This document shows, piece by piece, positions 1 to 12,928 of a stretch of DNA of 64,000 nucleotides. Made by a program: the position numbers and the translations under genes. Position 1 is the first letter of the stretch, and each line of letters begins with the position of its first letter. The notes under the pieces are model-generated. The model did no database searches. It was not told where the DNA came from and saw only the letters and a list, made by a program, of their open reading frames with translations. Source of the stretch: Ylistrum balloti (Eukaryota); NCBI RefSeq assembly GCF_031769215.1, contig NW_026782116.1, forward strand, positions 1,364,001-1,428,000. The letters are read 5' to 3'.

Positions 1-539
1 ATATTTCATGTGGCAAGATGGACATTTTTTGTTTTGAGAACACCTGAACAAATCAAGTAATCTTGTTACTCATTTCCTCGAGTTAAACGACACATGCGCA
101 GACATTAACAACAATAAGTGATAACGATCATAGTTATAAACATGTATGCGCCGATGGTAACAGCATTTTAAACAAGTTGATTAGCTATATTTCATGGTGA
201 ATATTTGATAAGAGGCTGTGTGTTTATAAAAACATGTAAGAATCATACCGTCATAGCTATAATGGATTCCTTCTTAAAATTTTCTTATTTACACAAAAAT
301 ATTTTTTTAATAATACACCAATGCGTACGAGATATCGACTCAAAAACGAGAGGAAATTATACCTGTTCTCCGTATATACATCAGCAAACTCTATCAAAAT
401 ATATCACATTACAAGACATTATATATCACCTCCACTAAACGTCATATGATATCTATATTATCTACACAAACAAATCATGACTGACATAATGGAAATCGCT
501 TGTTAGATTTAACTCTGATACAAAGACATGACTACTTAC

Positions 540-864
540 ACAGTCCGTTTCCTCCGAAAATACCATCATCTCCTCCGGCGGCTAAAGCTGCAGGTGGTGG
601 TGGTGGGTAAAAAGGGACAGCGTAGGGGGCTCGGATAACAGTGCTCTCAACCTTTCCGTATCCCTTTCCGTATCCGTGTCCGTACCCCTTTCCGTAACCC
701 TTTCCGTATGACATTCCTCCGTACTGGGGATATGACATCACGTATCCGCCGGAGTACAGGGGTTGTCCGTAGCTGTAGTCGTCATCAAAAAAGTCATCAC
801 CAAGACAGGCGCTGAGGCCTAATGCGACGACGACGACGAAAAGTGTGACACTGACGGTTCTCAT
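540..864 (-). CDS. Gly/Tyr-rich secreted protein, copy 1 (main coding exon; terminal exon not found in window)
   Basis: ATG at 864. Signal peptide MRTVSVTLFVVVVALGLSACLG, acidic DDFFDDD, GYGK/GYGH repeats, APYAVPFYPPPPP. Acceptor at 874 and phase-1 donor T|GTAAGT at 540. 5'UTR exon ends at 1099. Homology to the other copies stops at ~470, so the last exon probably lies off the left edge. Confidence 0.85.
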
Positions 865-1144
865 TCTGACTGTCCTGTATGGTAGAAAATGGAGAATCTT
901 TTGAAATATTGCTGTTTGCTTAACATAAGGTATATATAAAAAAGATATGAAGAATATGTAATAAATCCATTCAAGAAGAATCTAATCGAATATGGCGAAG
1001 AAATGTATTGATTGAGAAAAAATCGATGGAGTATGCACCACATTGGTTGGTACAAGACCCAACTATTTTAAGAAATTGTAGAGGTACTGATCACCTACCT
1101 TACTGTGAGCTGCAGAAGACTGTTGACTTACTAACGTGGTGCAC

Positions 1145-1152
1145 CTTATATA
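1145..1152 (-). promoter_or_regulatory. TATA box of Gly/Tyr-rich gene copy 1
   Basis: TATATAAG on the minus strand, ~45 nt upstream of the 5'UTR exon donor AAG|GTAGGT (1099). Same arrangement at 6963-6970 in copy 2. Confidence 0.7.
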
Positions 1153-3814
1153 CACATGGTGATTCTTCAGTAGTCATGTGACGTGGAGGCATCTTCCGCT
1201 TTTCAGTTTTTAAAATGCCCTTTGGCATTCTTTTCATTCGCCTAACAGATGTCTGGCGTTGTAGCTTACTTAGTATAGGTAGGTCACGTCTGATAGAGAA
1301 TTGCCGTCAATCAGGAAGTATTGCAATGTTATATATAGATTCGCTAGTCGATATAATTTTGGATCACCATTTACTATTCGTAACCTTATAGATACGTTAC
1401 ATTAATCTAAAATTTTGAGCAATGTGTAAGTATGCGTGAGAGTACTCAATTAACAATCAATTAATGTATATTTTTTCTGAGAAATACTGCCACGTGGATA
1501 TAGAGAGATATTTATGAGAACGCAGTGTGATATATTGCAATATCCAATAGCATAAACTGAAATGCTGTATATATTTCAAAATAGCATGTCTGCCGTATAA
1601 ATGTCATGTTTAAATTAAAAAGAAAATATTGTTATTGCAATCAACTAAAAAAGAATGCTTATGAAACTGTCAAAGTAGGATAATTGTTGGTTTTGATATT
1701 TACAAATGTTTGCATTGAAGCGATCAATTTTTTTTTCTTTTTCAGATTATCTTACTGTCATGATCATATAGCCGAATAGGATAAGGCAACACTCTAATTT
1801 TCAAACAATTAGTGAATTAACTGACATAGATTTAGATAAAACAGACATGTTTGAGATACGTTGTAATCACTAACAGTAGTGATTATTATGGTGTCACTTA
1901 GATATTTGCTACAAGAACTAGTCAGGAAGTCAGCTTGATTGAAAACTTTCCATACACAATGACCATCCACGGCAATGTTTACAAGTTGACAGTATTAAAC
2001 AACAAACTCTAACCAACATAAGCTTAATGGGTACTTCTTAAACGGTCAAGTGTTTTATTATTGTTGTGATTAAATACATTAAGTCTATTGTTAGTCCACC
2101 CTTAATTAATTAATTATTTCACAATTAGCAGATTATGAAAAAAGCATTAGCATTTAGTACATTATTATATTTATCCTCCAATATTATAAAAAGTGTAATG
2201 ATTTCGCTAAATTTGTTTTTCATTTGCCTTGATACAGATACAAAAATTTAATCCAACTTAATTTCAAATAATGAAAGTAATGAATATTAAGTCACGAACA
2301 TATTCTTTAACAATGATCTAAATTTTAAATAATATTCATATATTTCTTAAACTGATTTTTGTAATGGACTTTGCAGAGAAATAGATAAGTGGTTAAATGA
2401 TAAAGACATTTATGATTTTATAAAATGAGCTTCCAAAATTGGGGTTAAATTTTGCGTTTTTAATTTCACTTTTTTTTAAAATCAAAGTTCATCTTTATTA
2501 GTTCATGAAGACTGATACTAAAATCAACTGTTCCATATTCCCAATGAACAGACTTTCAATCTCCCCGATTGTAAACTTAGCTCGGGTTAAAGAATTGTCA
2601 CGAACACTTTGTGTTTTATCCATTATGATCTTGAATCCAGAAATAGAGTACTTGCGAAAGTATTTAATTAATTTATTTTGTTCACATCATAAATAGTCCT
2701 AACTCTCATGACGAGGATGCTAATGGGGCGTCCTGTCACCCATCTTTGAAGAAATTAGACATCTGATTCCCGAAAATGTTATCAAGGCTCTTACGTGTTT
2801 GATGCTCGGAAGTTTGCCTGCTGGTTCTGTCGTTGTATAACTGAATATCATTTGAGACGTGACATTACTTAACTGAATTGCCCAAGATCTACTTGGCGGT
2901 TTTCGTCTGGGGTTCAGTGTGTTGAATTTGAGTTTAGGTTGTGATTATGTTAACATTTGCACATTTTCTTGTTGTTTTTCCAAGTGCAAGCACCCTGTGT
3001 TGAGAGTGTATGGATGTCTGTCAATGTTGTACAGCCAATAATGAAACAAGAAAGCAATGTTCTTTATAGACTAATTTCCCTAACCTGGGAATAAAGAAAA
3101 CACCTTTTGCTACCTCACTTCCTGGTTTAAACTGCATCTATCGTGGTTCATGACATCATTTTCCATATCATTAATTGATAGACATCATTTCTTATTAGTT
3201 TCAACCGTACGTTTTAACTATATATATTCTGTATTATTTAATAAGACAATGTTAATCACATTTAATTCTTTACCTGGTTTTAAATTGACGGCTAAGTTTA
3301 ACACTTACTTTTGGAAAGTTTTTTTTTCCAGTCATATCATTTATATTGGATAGTGAATTTTCTGAAATAAAACAAAATCTAGTCTTAACTGCTTTAGTTG
3401 TGATTTGACGTGTATTTAATACGACCAGGGTGATACTATCTATAAATATCAGCAAGGTTATGATTCTGAATAAGTACTAAAATTTTGGGTTTTGAATTAT
3501 CTATTTTTAATAGATTTTGATATTGTCTAAATCATGATCAATTAAAAGATTATAAGACCCGCAAATGGTAGCCCTATCATTTCTAACTATTTACAAATGT
3601 ATATTATCAGTAACTGCATTGTATATCTCAGATTCGTCTGAATTTCAGCATTACACTGTAACTGATGTAATAGTCATGTATTCAGTGCGTCGTGTCCTTG
3701 CTTTTGAATTATGCTGGGTATAAACTGTGAAAAAAATCAATATTCAAACGCAGGACGTAAAGCTAAAAGTAAAAATGAAGGACTTAGGTCTTTGTGACCT
3801 GTTTTGTAAGTTCA

Positions 3815-4310
3815 GCCTCGTAAGGAACAGCAAGTTAGACAACAATGGAGCACAGTTTCCCCCTATAGCTTAATCAATCGTTTGTTGGAAGTTCTGACCA
3901 AAACAACAAAATCACACACGACGAAGTGCTTGTCATCCAGAAATTCCACAATTTTTGTGGTTTGCCCGTTTATTTCTTCTTTCATTTGGACGTATCTTTA
4001 CAACCAAATATGTATACCGCCGTTCACCTTTCCTGGAAAAGGAGACTCTAATACCAATAGAACACAAACGTTGTCGGGGTACAGAGTGGAAAATAAAAGG
4101 TACGCATAGAAAAAAATGTTTATAAGAAGAGGTTGTTGAAGACTAGTGAAAAAGTGCTTTGGTGTTCTTTAAAATAAACGTACCATCCATTCAACTTATT
4201 GAGCGAACAATGTCATAACCAGACTTTAACCCCGATTTGATAGCACATGAGGTTGGTTGAACAACTAGACCAGCCAGTAACGAAACACTGTCTGTTTATA
4301 TGGTTTAGTG
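3815..4310 (-). mobile_element. Decayed Penelope-like element reverse transcriptase fragment
   Basis: Minus-strand frames, with stops and frameshifts, give FVTGWSSCST, IKSGLKSGYDIV, ILKNTKAL, TFYF-STLY, FSRKGERRYTYLVV, FGQNFQQTI and IGGNCAPLLSNLLF. These are colinear with the PLE RT motifs AGSSxCST, WILKNS, FDFSTLY and GIPMGTNCAPLLADLFL. Confidence 0.75.
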
Positions 4311-5948
4311 TAATGTTTTGGAATCCAATGTAAACGAAGTATGTCCGTATTTTTTTCCCATATCATAAATTAGCAACCTCAATGAGCATGATACTAAGAA
4401 TAATTAGTTAGTATTACTTTATTTGAAAGATAAGATAATATATTGGTAGGCTTTCCTTCATTATTAATCAAGCCTAGATATATTTTGTTTGCAGAAATGT
4501 TATAACGTCTACAGACGAAGTTCAAGTTATTGGGTGTATTGAATAGTTTGGACGCAATGGGCTTGGAGTGATTGTTGCAAATGAAAGTGTATTAGGGTGT
4601 TCCCTCTATGATGACCTTTTTATTTTGGTGTGATCTGCAAGATCCTGGCATTTAACCGATAACATAATTTTGTTCGTCATTAATAAAAGCAAGTATTTCC
4701 TGGTTCAAATATAATTAAAATCACCAATATGAAATGTTAGATTTATTGTAAATATATATATTCTTGTTTGTTATCATACATATTTCACAAGTATGACAAA
4801 GTATATATTCCGTTATACGAATGAAATATAGAGCATGTTTTATGACATTCTTATAGGGGAAAATAGCAAGCATTCGACTTAAAAAACACATCCGTATCTT
4901 AACAAAAAACCAAAATCAAAAAAAAGGGGGAGAGCGGATTGGGGATATCACCATATACTCAATATCCTACTGTTTTATTGTTTAAGGAATCGAGAACTGC
5001 CAAACTGTAATAACATATGATTTTAAAAAATCCACTGTACACAGAAAAGGTTTAAATGTCATATGTCATGTCGTTTTCTTTGTGTTTGTTTTTTACGCTA
5101 CATGTGGCTTCCCTTCCCATTCTGTCCGTCGTCAATCATGTCAGTCTGCTTTCACCTTCATTATTTTCAGTACTAGTAATCATAATTGCAGTGCAACTAT
5201 CACACTGTCACATGACAGTATCTTGCGATATCTATATTTTATCTAACAAGCTTCACTAGTCATTACATGTCTATTCATCAAGTAGCATTTTCCCCATATA
5301 TATCTTGACATCATTGTTGTAAATCGTAACGATTTCTTCACCGTACAAACTTGTACATTATATTTCCAAATGAAATATTTGACTTTAAATGAAATAAGTA
5401 GACAACATTTAATGATTAAAGTTTTATTAATGAATGATGAAAGGTGGAGCATAAATAAGAATTAAATATAACAATGAACAAATGGATTTCCACAGAACGA
5501 CCAGTCATAACTTGATATTGCGCGATATCTGAAACGAGAAGATAATGCATTTAAGATCGATTCATCTTATTTTTCAAACAAACTACAACAAATAAATTTC
5601 ATAATTTTATACTTCGCTTTATAAAAATTCAACAGTTTCCCAGGAATTTGCAGATCAAATGTGAATTCAGTAAGTACATCAATGTTTGTACGATTTTGTA
5701 CCATTTTTTTTATAAATTTATGAACATAAATATCAACATATATTTATATAAACTATAAAACATTTTACCTAACAAATGATCAATGATTTAGAAACTAGAT
5801 TAGGAAATAATCAGTCAATGAATAAATACATAAATACCCTGTTATAAGTGTGATATATTTAACAGGTAGCATGCACTTTAGACACATAATACATAATACT
5901 TACATATATTGTAGTTACAGACACATAAATAACATAATGGACATCAAT

Positions 5949-6688
5949 CTAACCGAGCAGTCCTCCGTTGTTATTGAGGAGGAATGGCAGCAACAAAAGC
6001 AGGAACACTGAAAAATACGAAACGAAATTGGTGAATATAGCATACTATTTGTGATATGTCAGTTTTCAAGTTTGAAACAAATGACTTTTGCCCAATTTGC
6101 GTTTTCGATCACCATTTTCCTCGACATATAGATATATCAGCAGATTTCTCTTAGGATTATGCTATATATGTCAGTCATTAACAAAGCATGACTGATATAA
6201 TCAAAATCGGTTGTTTGATTTAACTCTGATACAAAGACATGGCAGATATAATCGAAATCGCTTGTTTGATTTAACTCTGATACAAATCATGACTGACATA
6301 ATGGAAATCGCTTGTTAGATTAAACTCTGATACAAAGACATGACTACTTACACAGTCCGTTTCCTCCGAAAATACCATCATCTCCTCCGGCGGCTAAAGC
6401 TGCAGGTGGTGGTGGTGGGTAAAAAGGGACAGCGTAGGGGGCTCGGATAACAGTGCTCTCAACCTTTCCGTATCCCTTTCCGTATCCGTGTCCGTATCCG
6501 TGTCCGTACCCCTTTCCGTAACCCTTTCCGTATGACATTCCTCCGTACTGGGGATATGACATCACGTATCCGCCGGAGTACTGGGGTTGTCCGTAGCTGT
6601 AGTCGTCATCAAAAAAGTCATCACCAAGACAGGCGCTGAGGCCTAATGCGACGACGACGACGAAAAGTGTGACACTGACGGTTCTCAT
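5949..6688 (-). CDS. Gly/Tyr-rich secreted protein, copy 2 (131 aa)
   Basis: Coding exons 6688-6352 and 6007-5949, joined phase 1 (tttttcag acceptor). The last exon adds LFLLLLLPFLLNNNGGLLG*. Carries one extra GYGH unit relative to copies 1 and 3. 5'UTR exon ends at 6917; TATA at 6963-6970. Confidence 0.88.
6187..6340. repeat. 51-bp intronic tandem repeat x3
   Basis: Unit catgactgatataatcaaaatcggttgtttgatttaactctgatacaaaga with period 51. Also present at ~12188-12340, and one unit at ~475-527. Confidence 0.9.
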
Positions 6689-9600
6689 TCTGACTGTCCT
6701 GTATGGTAGAAAATGAAGAATCTTTTGAAATATTGCTGTTTGCTTAACATAAGGTATATATATATGAAAAATATTCAAGAAATCAATCCAAGAAGAATCT
6801 AATCGAATATGGCGAAGAAGTGTATTGATTGAGAAAAAAATCGATTGAGTATACACCACATTGGTTAGTACAAGACCCAACTATTTTAAGAAATTGTAGA
6901 GGTACTGATCACCTACCTTACTGTGAGCTGCAGAAGACTGTTGACTTACTAACGTGGTGCACCTTATATACACATGGTGATTCTTCAGTAGTCATGTGAC
7001 GTGGAGGCATCTTCCGCTTTTCAGTTTTTAAAATGCCCTTTGGCATACTTTTCATTCGCCAAACAGATGTCTGGCGTTGTAGCTTACAAAGTATAGGTAG
7101 GTCACGTCGGATAGAGAATTGCCGTCAATCAGGAAGTATTGCAATGTTATGTATAGATTCGCTAGTCGATGTAATTTTGGATTACCATTTACTATTCGTA
7201 ACCTTATAGATACGTTACATTAATCTAAAATTTTGAGCAATGTGTAAGTATGCGTGAGATTAATTAATTAACAATCAGTCAATGTATATTTTATCTGAGA
7301 AATACTGCCACGTGGATATAGAAAGATATTTATGAGAACGCAGTGTGATATATTACAATATCCAATAGCATAAACTGAAATGCTGTACATATTTCAAAAT
7401 AGCATGTCTGCCGTATAAATGTCATGTTTAAATATAAAAAGAAAATATTGTTATTGCAATCAACCAAAAAAGAATGGTTATGAAACTGTCAAATTAGGAT
7501 AATTGTTGGTTTTGTTAATTATGTATTTCCTTTTCAGATTATCTTACTGTCATGATCATATAGCCGAATAGGATAAGGCAACACTCTACTTTTCAAACAA
7601 TTAGTGAATTAACTGACATAGATTTAGATAAAACAGACATGTTTGAGATACGTTGTAATCACTAACAGTAGTGATTATTATGGTGTCACTTAGATATTTG
7701 CTACAAGAACTAGTCAGGAAGTCAGCTTGATTGAAAACCAGCTCAAACAAAATTTCCACACAAAAGGACTAATCACGGCAACGTTTACAAGTTGACAGTA
7801 AAAAACAGCACACTCTAATCAGGATAAGCTTCATGAGTACTTCTTAAACGGTCAAGTGTTTTATCATTGTTATGATTAGATTAATTTAGTCTATTGTAAG
7901 TCCGTCCTTAATGCATTGATGAATTGATTGATCCACAATTAGCAGATTATGAAAAACATTTGCGTTCGTGTATTATTTCGTTTATTATTTTATTTGTAGC
8001 AGGCCTAACCACATTGCAATGCACATAGATTTTTTTATTTCGATTATAGCAATACGTCTGTCCCATTTGAAGGAACAAATGAAGGAAATATTCAACATGT
8101 ACAACATGTGACATGACTGAAAAATATGACGATAATACTCCATTAGTATTAAGCGGCCATTCATGTGTATATAGTTTATATATATTTAGGAATGGCCTAT
8201 TCAGACGCAGCACTGAGAAACGGACAGGATATCTCTTATCATAATAATATCATCAGTGTATACTTGATTAAAATTAGTGTTTTATTGAAGAATATTTCAA
8301 AACTTTCGGTACTGATCGAATCAGCTGTGGACCTTGTACTCCATCTGATTTTATTTCTATCATTATGAGGAAACAATGTGATTTATTGAAATCTTTGATA
8401 AAGTCACAAAATAGATGAATGCACTTGTGGGTTAAAAAACTGTTTTACAAGAAATGGCAATACTATCATTGTGCTATACAGGTGGTTGCAAGATTGAATT
8501 TCCTTTAAGCGTTTCCGTGTTATCTAAGTATTCTAATCTAAACCAAACCCCTAGTACACCTCTCCAGAAAATAATGTCAATTCTCCCAACATAACTTTAT
8601 CCTCCGACATTATAAAACGTAAAATATTTTCGTTTCATTTGTTTTCATTTGCCTTAACACATATACAAACATATCATCCAACTTAATTTCAAATAAGTAA
8701 TGGATATAAAGCCTTTTTAACAATCACGAACATATTCTTTAACAAAAATCTAAATTTCGACTTATCAACTTCGATTCAAATAATATACATGTATTTCTTA
8801 AACTTATTTTTGTAATTGGACTTTGCAGAGAAATAGATAAGTGATTAAATGGTAAAGACATTTATGATTTTATTTGGAGTAAAATTTCACTTTTTAAAAA
8901 AAATCTAAAATTCATCTTGATTAGTTCATGAAGACTAATACTAAAATCCAACGTTCCATATTCCCATTAAACAGACTTTCAATCTCCTCGATTGTAAACT
9001 TAGCTCGGGTTAAAGAATTGTCACGAAATTAGAGGATGCTAATGGGATGTCCTGTCGCCCATCTTTGAAGAAATTAGACATCTGATTACCGATAATGGTA
9101 TCAAGACTCTTACGTGTTTGATGCTCGTAAGTTTGCCTTCTGGTTCCGTCGTTGTATAACTTTATCTCATTTAAGACGTGACATTACTTAACTGGATTGC
9201 CCAAGATCTACTTGACGGTTTTCGTCTGGGGTTCAGTGTGTTGAATTTGAGTTTGGGTTGTGATTATGTTAACATTTGGGCATTTTCTTGTTGTTTTTCC
9301 AAGTGCAAGCACCCTGTGTTGAGAGTGTATGGATGTCTGTTGTACAGCCAATAATGAAACAAGAAAGCAATGTTCTTTATAGACTAATTTCCCTAACCTG
9401 GGAATAAAGAAAACACCTTTTGCTACCTCACTTCCTGGTTTAAACTGCATCTATGGTGGTTCATGACATCATTTTCCAGATCATAAATTTATAGACATCA
9501 TTTCTTATTAGTTTCAACTGTACGGTTTAACTATATATATTCTGTATAATTTGATAAGGCATTGTAATTCACCTTTAAATCTTTACCTGGTTTTAAATTG

Positions 9601-10089
9601 ACGCCTAAGTTTAACATTTACTTTTGAAAAGGAATGACGAGAACGATATCGATTTTTTTCAGATTTCATTTACACTGGATAGTAATTTTTCTGAAATAAA
9701 ACAATATCTAGTTGTGACTGTTTTAGTTGTGATTTGACGTGTATCTATTACGACCATATCTGTAAATATAAGCTAGGCTATGATTCTGAATAAGTACTGA
9801 AATTTTCGGTCTTTAATTATCTATCTCTATATATTTTGACATTGTCTATATCAGGACCATTTCTTACTACTTACAAATGTATATTATCAGTAATTGCATT
9901 GTATATCTCAGATTCGTCTGAATTTCAGCATTACACTGTAACTGATGTAATAGTCATGTATTCAGTCCGTCGTGTCCTTGCTTTTGAATTTTGCTGGATA
10001 TAAACTGTGAAAAAGATCAATATTCAAACGCAGGACGTAAAGCTAAAAGTAAAAATGAAGGACTTAGAAATGTCTTTGTGACCTGTTTT

Positions 10090-10540
10090 GTATGTTCAGC
10101 CTCGTAAGGAACAGCAAGTTAGACAACAATGGAGCACAGTTTCCCCCTATAGCTGCATCAATCGTTTGTTGGAATTTCTGACAATTTTTATGGTTTGTCC
10201 GTTTATTTCTTCTTTCATCTGGACGTTTCTTTACAAACAAATATGTATACCACCGTTCGCCTTCCCTGGAAAAGGAAACTCTAATATCAATAAAACAAAA
10301 ACGTTCTCGGGCACAGAGTGGAAAATAAAAGGTTTTTATAGAAATAAATGTTCAAAAAACTATAAGAAGAGGTTGTTGAAGACTAGTGAAAAAGTGCTTT
10401 GGTGTTCTTTAAAATCCACGTACCATTCATTCAACATATTGAATGAACAATGTCATAATCAGACTTTAACCCCGATTTGATAGCACATGAGGTTGGTTGA
10501 ACAACTAGACCAGCCAGTAACGAAACGCTGTCTGTTTATA
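10090..10540 (-). mobile_element. Second copy of the decayed Penelope-like RT fragment (co-duplicated)
   Basis: Homologous to 3815-4310 within the duplicated unit, with a small internal deletion. Confidence 0.7.
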
Positions 10541-11949
10541 TGGTTTCTTGTAACATTTTGGAATCTAATGTAAACGAAGTATGTCCGTATTTTCATTCCA
10601 TATCATAAATAAGCAATCTAGATGAATATTATAAAGATTATATAATATCTTGGTAGACTTTCCTTCATTATCAATCAAGCCTAGATGTATTTTGTATGCG
10701 AAAATGTTATAACGTCTGCAGACGAGGAAGTTATTGGATGTCTTGAATAGTTTGGACGCGTCCAATCCTGGGGTGATTGTTGGGAATGAAAGTGTATTAA
10801 GGTGTTCCCTTTAAGATTACATTTTCTTTTCGTGTGATCTCCTAGACCCTTGCAGTAAGCCGATGACATGATTTTATTCGTCATTAATAAAAACAAGTAT
10901 ACCCTGGGTGAAATATAATTATAATGTATTATAAATACATGTATATTTCCCGGGGATATCACCATATACTCAATATCCTACTGTTCTATTCGTTAGCTTC
11001 CAAACTGTAATAACATATGGTTTTAAAAAATCTTGTATATACAGAAAAGGTTTAAATATCATATGTCATGTCGTTTTCTGTGTGTTTGTTTTTTAGGCTA
11101 CATGTGGCTTCCCTTCCCATTCTGTCCGGCGTCAATCATGTCAGTCTGCTTTCACCTACATTTTTTTCAGTACTAGTAATCATAATTGCAGTGCAACTTT
11201 CACACTGTCACATGACAGTATCTTGCGATATCTATATTTTATCTAACAAGCTTCACTAGTCATTACATGTCTATTCATCAAGTAGCATTTTTTTCCCCAG
11301 ATATATCTTGACATCATTGTTGTAAATCGTAACGATTTCTTCATCGTACAAACTTGTACATTATATTTCCAAATGAAATATTTGACTTTAAATGGAATAA
11401 GTAGACAACAGTTAATGGTTAAAGTTTTATTAGTGAATGACGAAAGGTGGAGCATAAATAAGAATTAAATATAACAATGAACATATGGATTTCCACAGAA
11501 CGACCAGTCATAACTTGATATTGCGCGATATCTGAAATGAGAAGAAAATGCATTTAAGATCGACTCGTTTTTTTTTTTTTTTTTTTCAAATAAACTACAA
11601 CAATTAAATTTCATAATTTTATATATCGCTTTGCAAAAATTCATGTTTCCAAGAAATTTGCTGATCAAATGTGAATTAAAAAAGTACATCAATGTTTGTA
11701 CGATTTTTGTAGTATTTTTATAAATTTATAAACATAAATATCAACTTTTTAAACTATAAAACATTTTACCTAACAAATAATCAATGATTTAGAGAAAAGA
11801 TAAGGAAATAATCAGTCAATGAATAAATACATAAATACCCTGTTATATGTGTGATATATTTAACAGGTAGCATGCACTTTAGATACATAATACATAATAC
11901 TTACATATATTGTAGTTACAGACACATAAATAACATAATGGACATCAAT

Positions 11950-12677
11950 CTAACCGAGCAGTCCTCCGTTGTTATTGAGGAGGAATGGCAGCAACAAAAG
12001 CAGGAACACTGAAAAATACGAAACGAAATTGGTTAATATAGTATACCATTTGTGAAATGTCAGTTTTCAAGATTGAAACAAATGACTTTTTCCCAATTTG
12101 CGTTTTCGATCACTAGTTTCCTCGACATATAGATATATCAGCAGATTTCTCTTAGGATTAGGCTATATGTGTCAGTCATTAACAAAGCATGACTTATATA
12201 ATCAAAATCGCTTGTTTGATTTAACTCTGATACAAAGACATGACTGATATAATCGAAATCGCTTGTTTGATTTAACTCTGATACAAATCATGACTGACAT
12301 AATGGAAATCGCTTGTTAGATTTAACTCTGATACAAAGACGTGACTACTTACACAGTCCGTTTCCTCCGAAAATACCATCATCTCCTCCGGCGGCTAAAG
12401 CTGCAGGTGGTGGTGGTGGGTAAAAAGGGACAGCGTAGGGGGCTCGGATAACAGTGCTCTCAACCTTTCCGTATCCCTTTCCGTATCCGTGTCCGTACCC
12501 CTTTCCGTAACCCTTTCCGTATGACATTCCTCCGTACTGGGGATATGACATCACGTATCCGCCGGAGTACTGGGGTTGTCCGTAGCTGTAGTCGTCATCA
12601 AAAAAGTCATCACCAAGACAGGCGCTGAGGCCTAATGCGACGACGACGACGAAAAGTGTGACACTGACGGTTCTCAT
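11950..12677 (-). CDS. Gly/Tyr-rich secreted protein, copy 3 (127 aa)
   Basis: Coding exons 12677-12353 and 12008-11950. Acceptor tatag| at 12690. Its own 5'UTR exon ends at 12876 (GTAAGT donor). Confidence 0.88.
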
Positions 12678-12920
12678 TCTGACTGAATATCTATACAGAG
12701 AAATAGGAATACATTTCAAAACATGACATCCAACAGGTTTTTTCTGAAAATTTCAAATATTTCCAATATATATATTAATATGAAAGTTGATCAAAGTAAG
12801 GACCAAACACCAAAATGTTTCCTAATGTCAGAATATTTCCAGAAAAAAATCTGAGCTTGATTAGTAAGTACTTACTTTACTGTGAGCTGCAAAATACTGA
12901 CGATTGACTTTGGTAACGTC

Positions 12921-12928
12921 CTTTTATA
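12921..12928 (-). promoter_or_regulatory. TATA box of Gly/Tyr-rich gene copy 3
   Basis: TATAAAAG on the minus strand upstream of the 5'UTR exon. The surrounding sequence is diverged from copies 1 and 2. Confidence 0.7.

Larger units (their letters stand above)
470..12685. repeat. Tandem segmental duplication, two ~5.8-6.0 kb units plus a partial third
   Basis: ~470-6290 aligns by eye to ~6290-12290 with substitutions and indels, e.g. ~620 bp extra at ~7965-8590. Homology of the third copy ends at ~12685. Confidence 0.95.

Noticed and set aside
4190-4290. Candidate terminal exon (LLAGLVVQPTSCAIKSGL) for the Gly/Tyr-rich gene
   Set aside because: Better explained as part of the Penelope-like RT fossil. 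The true terminal exon at 6007-5949 has a stronger acceptor and matches paralog 4.
5900-5905. GTAAGT shortly after the stop codon in copies 2 and 3 and in paralog 4 (~21106-21111), suggesting a 3'UTR intron
   Set aside because: No matching acceptor was identified, and the motif is plausible by chance in AT-rich sequence.
6689-6880. N-terminal extensions in the ORF track for the Gly/Tyr-rich genes (also 12678-12719 and 21797-21895) and the TREX-like gene (26063-26101)
   Set aside because: These are read-through into introns or UTR. Splice acceptors lie just upstream of the ATGs that begin the signal peptides or conserved region.
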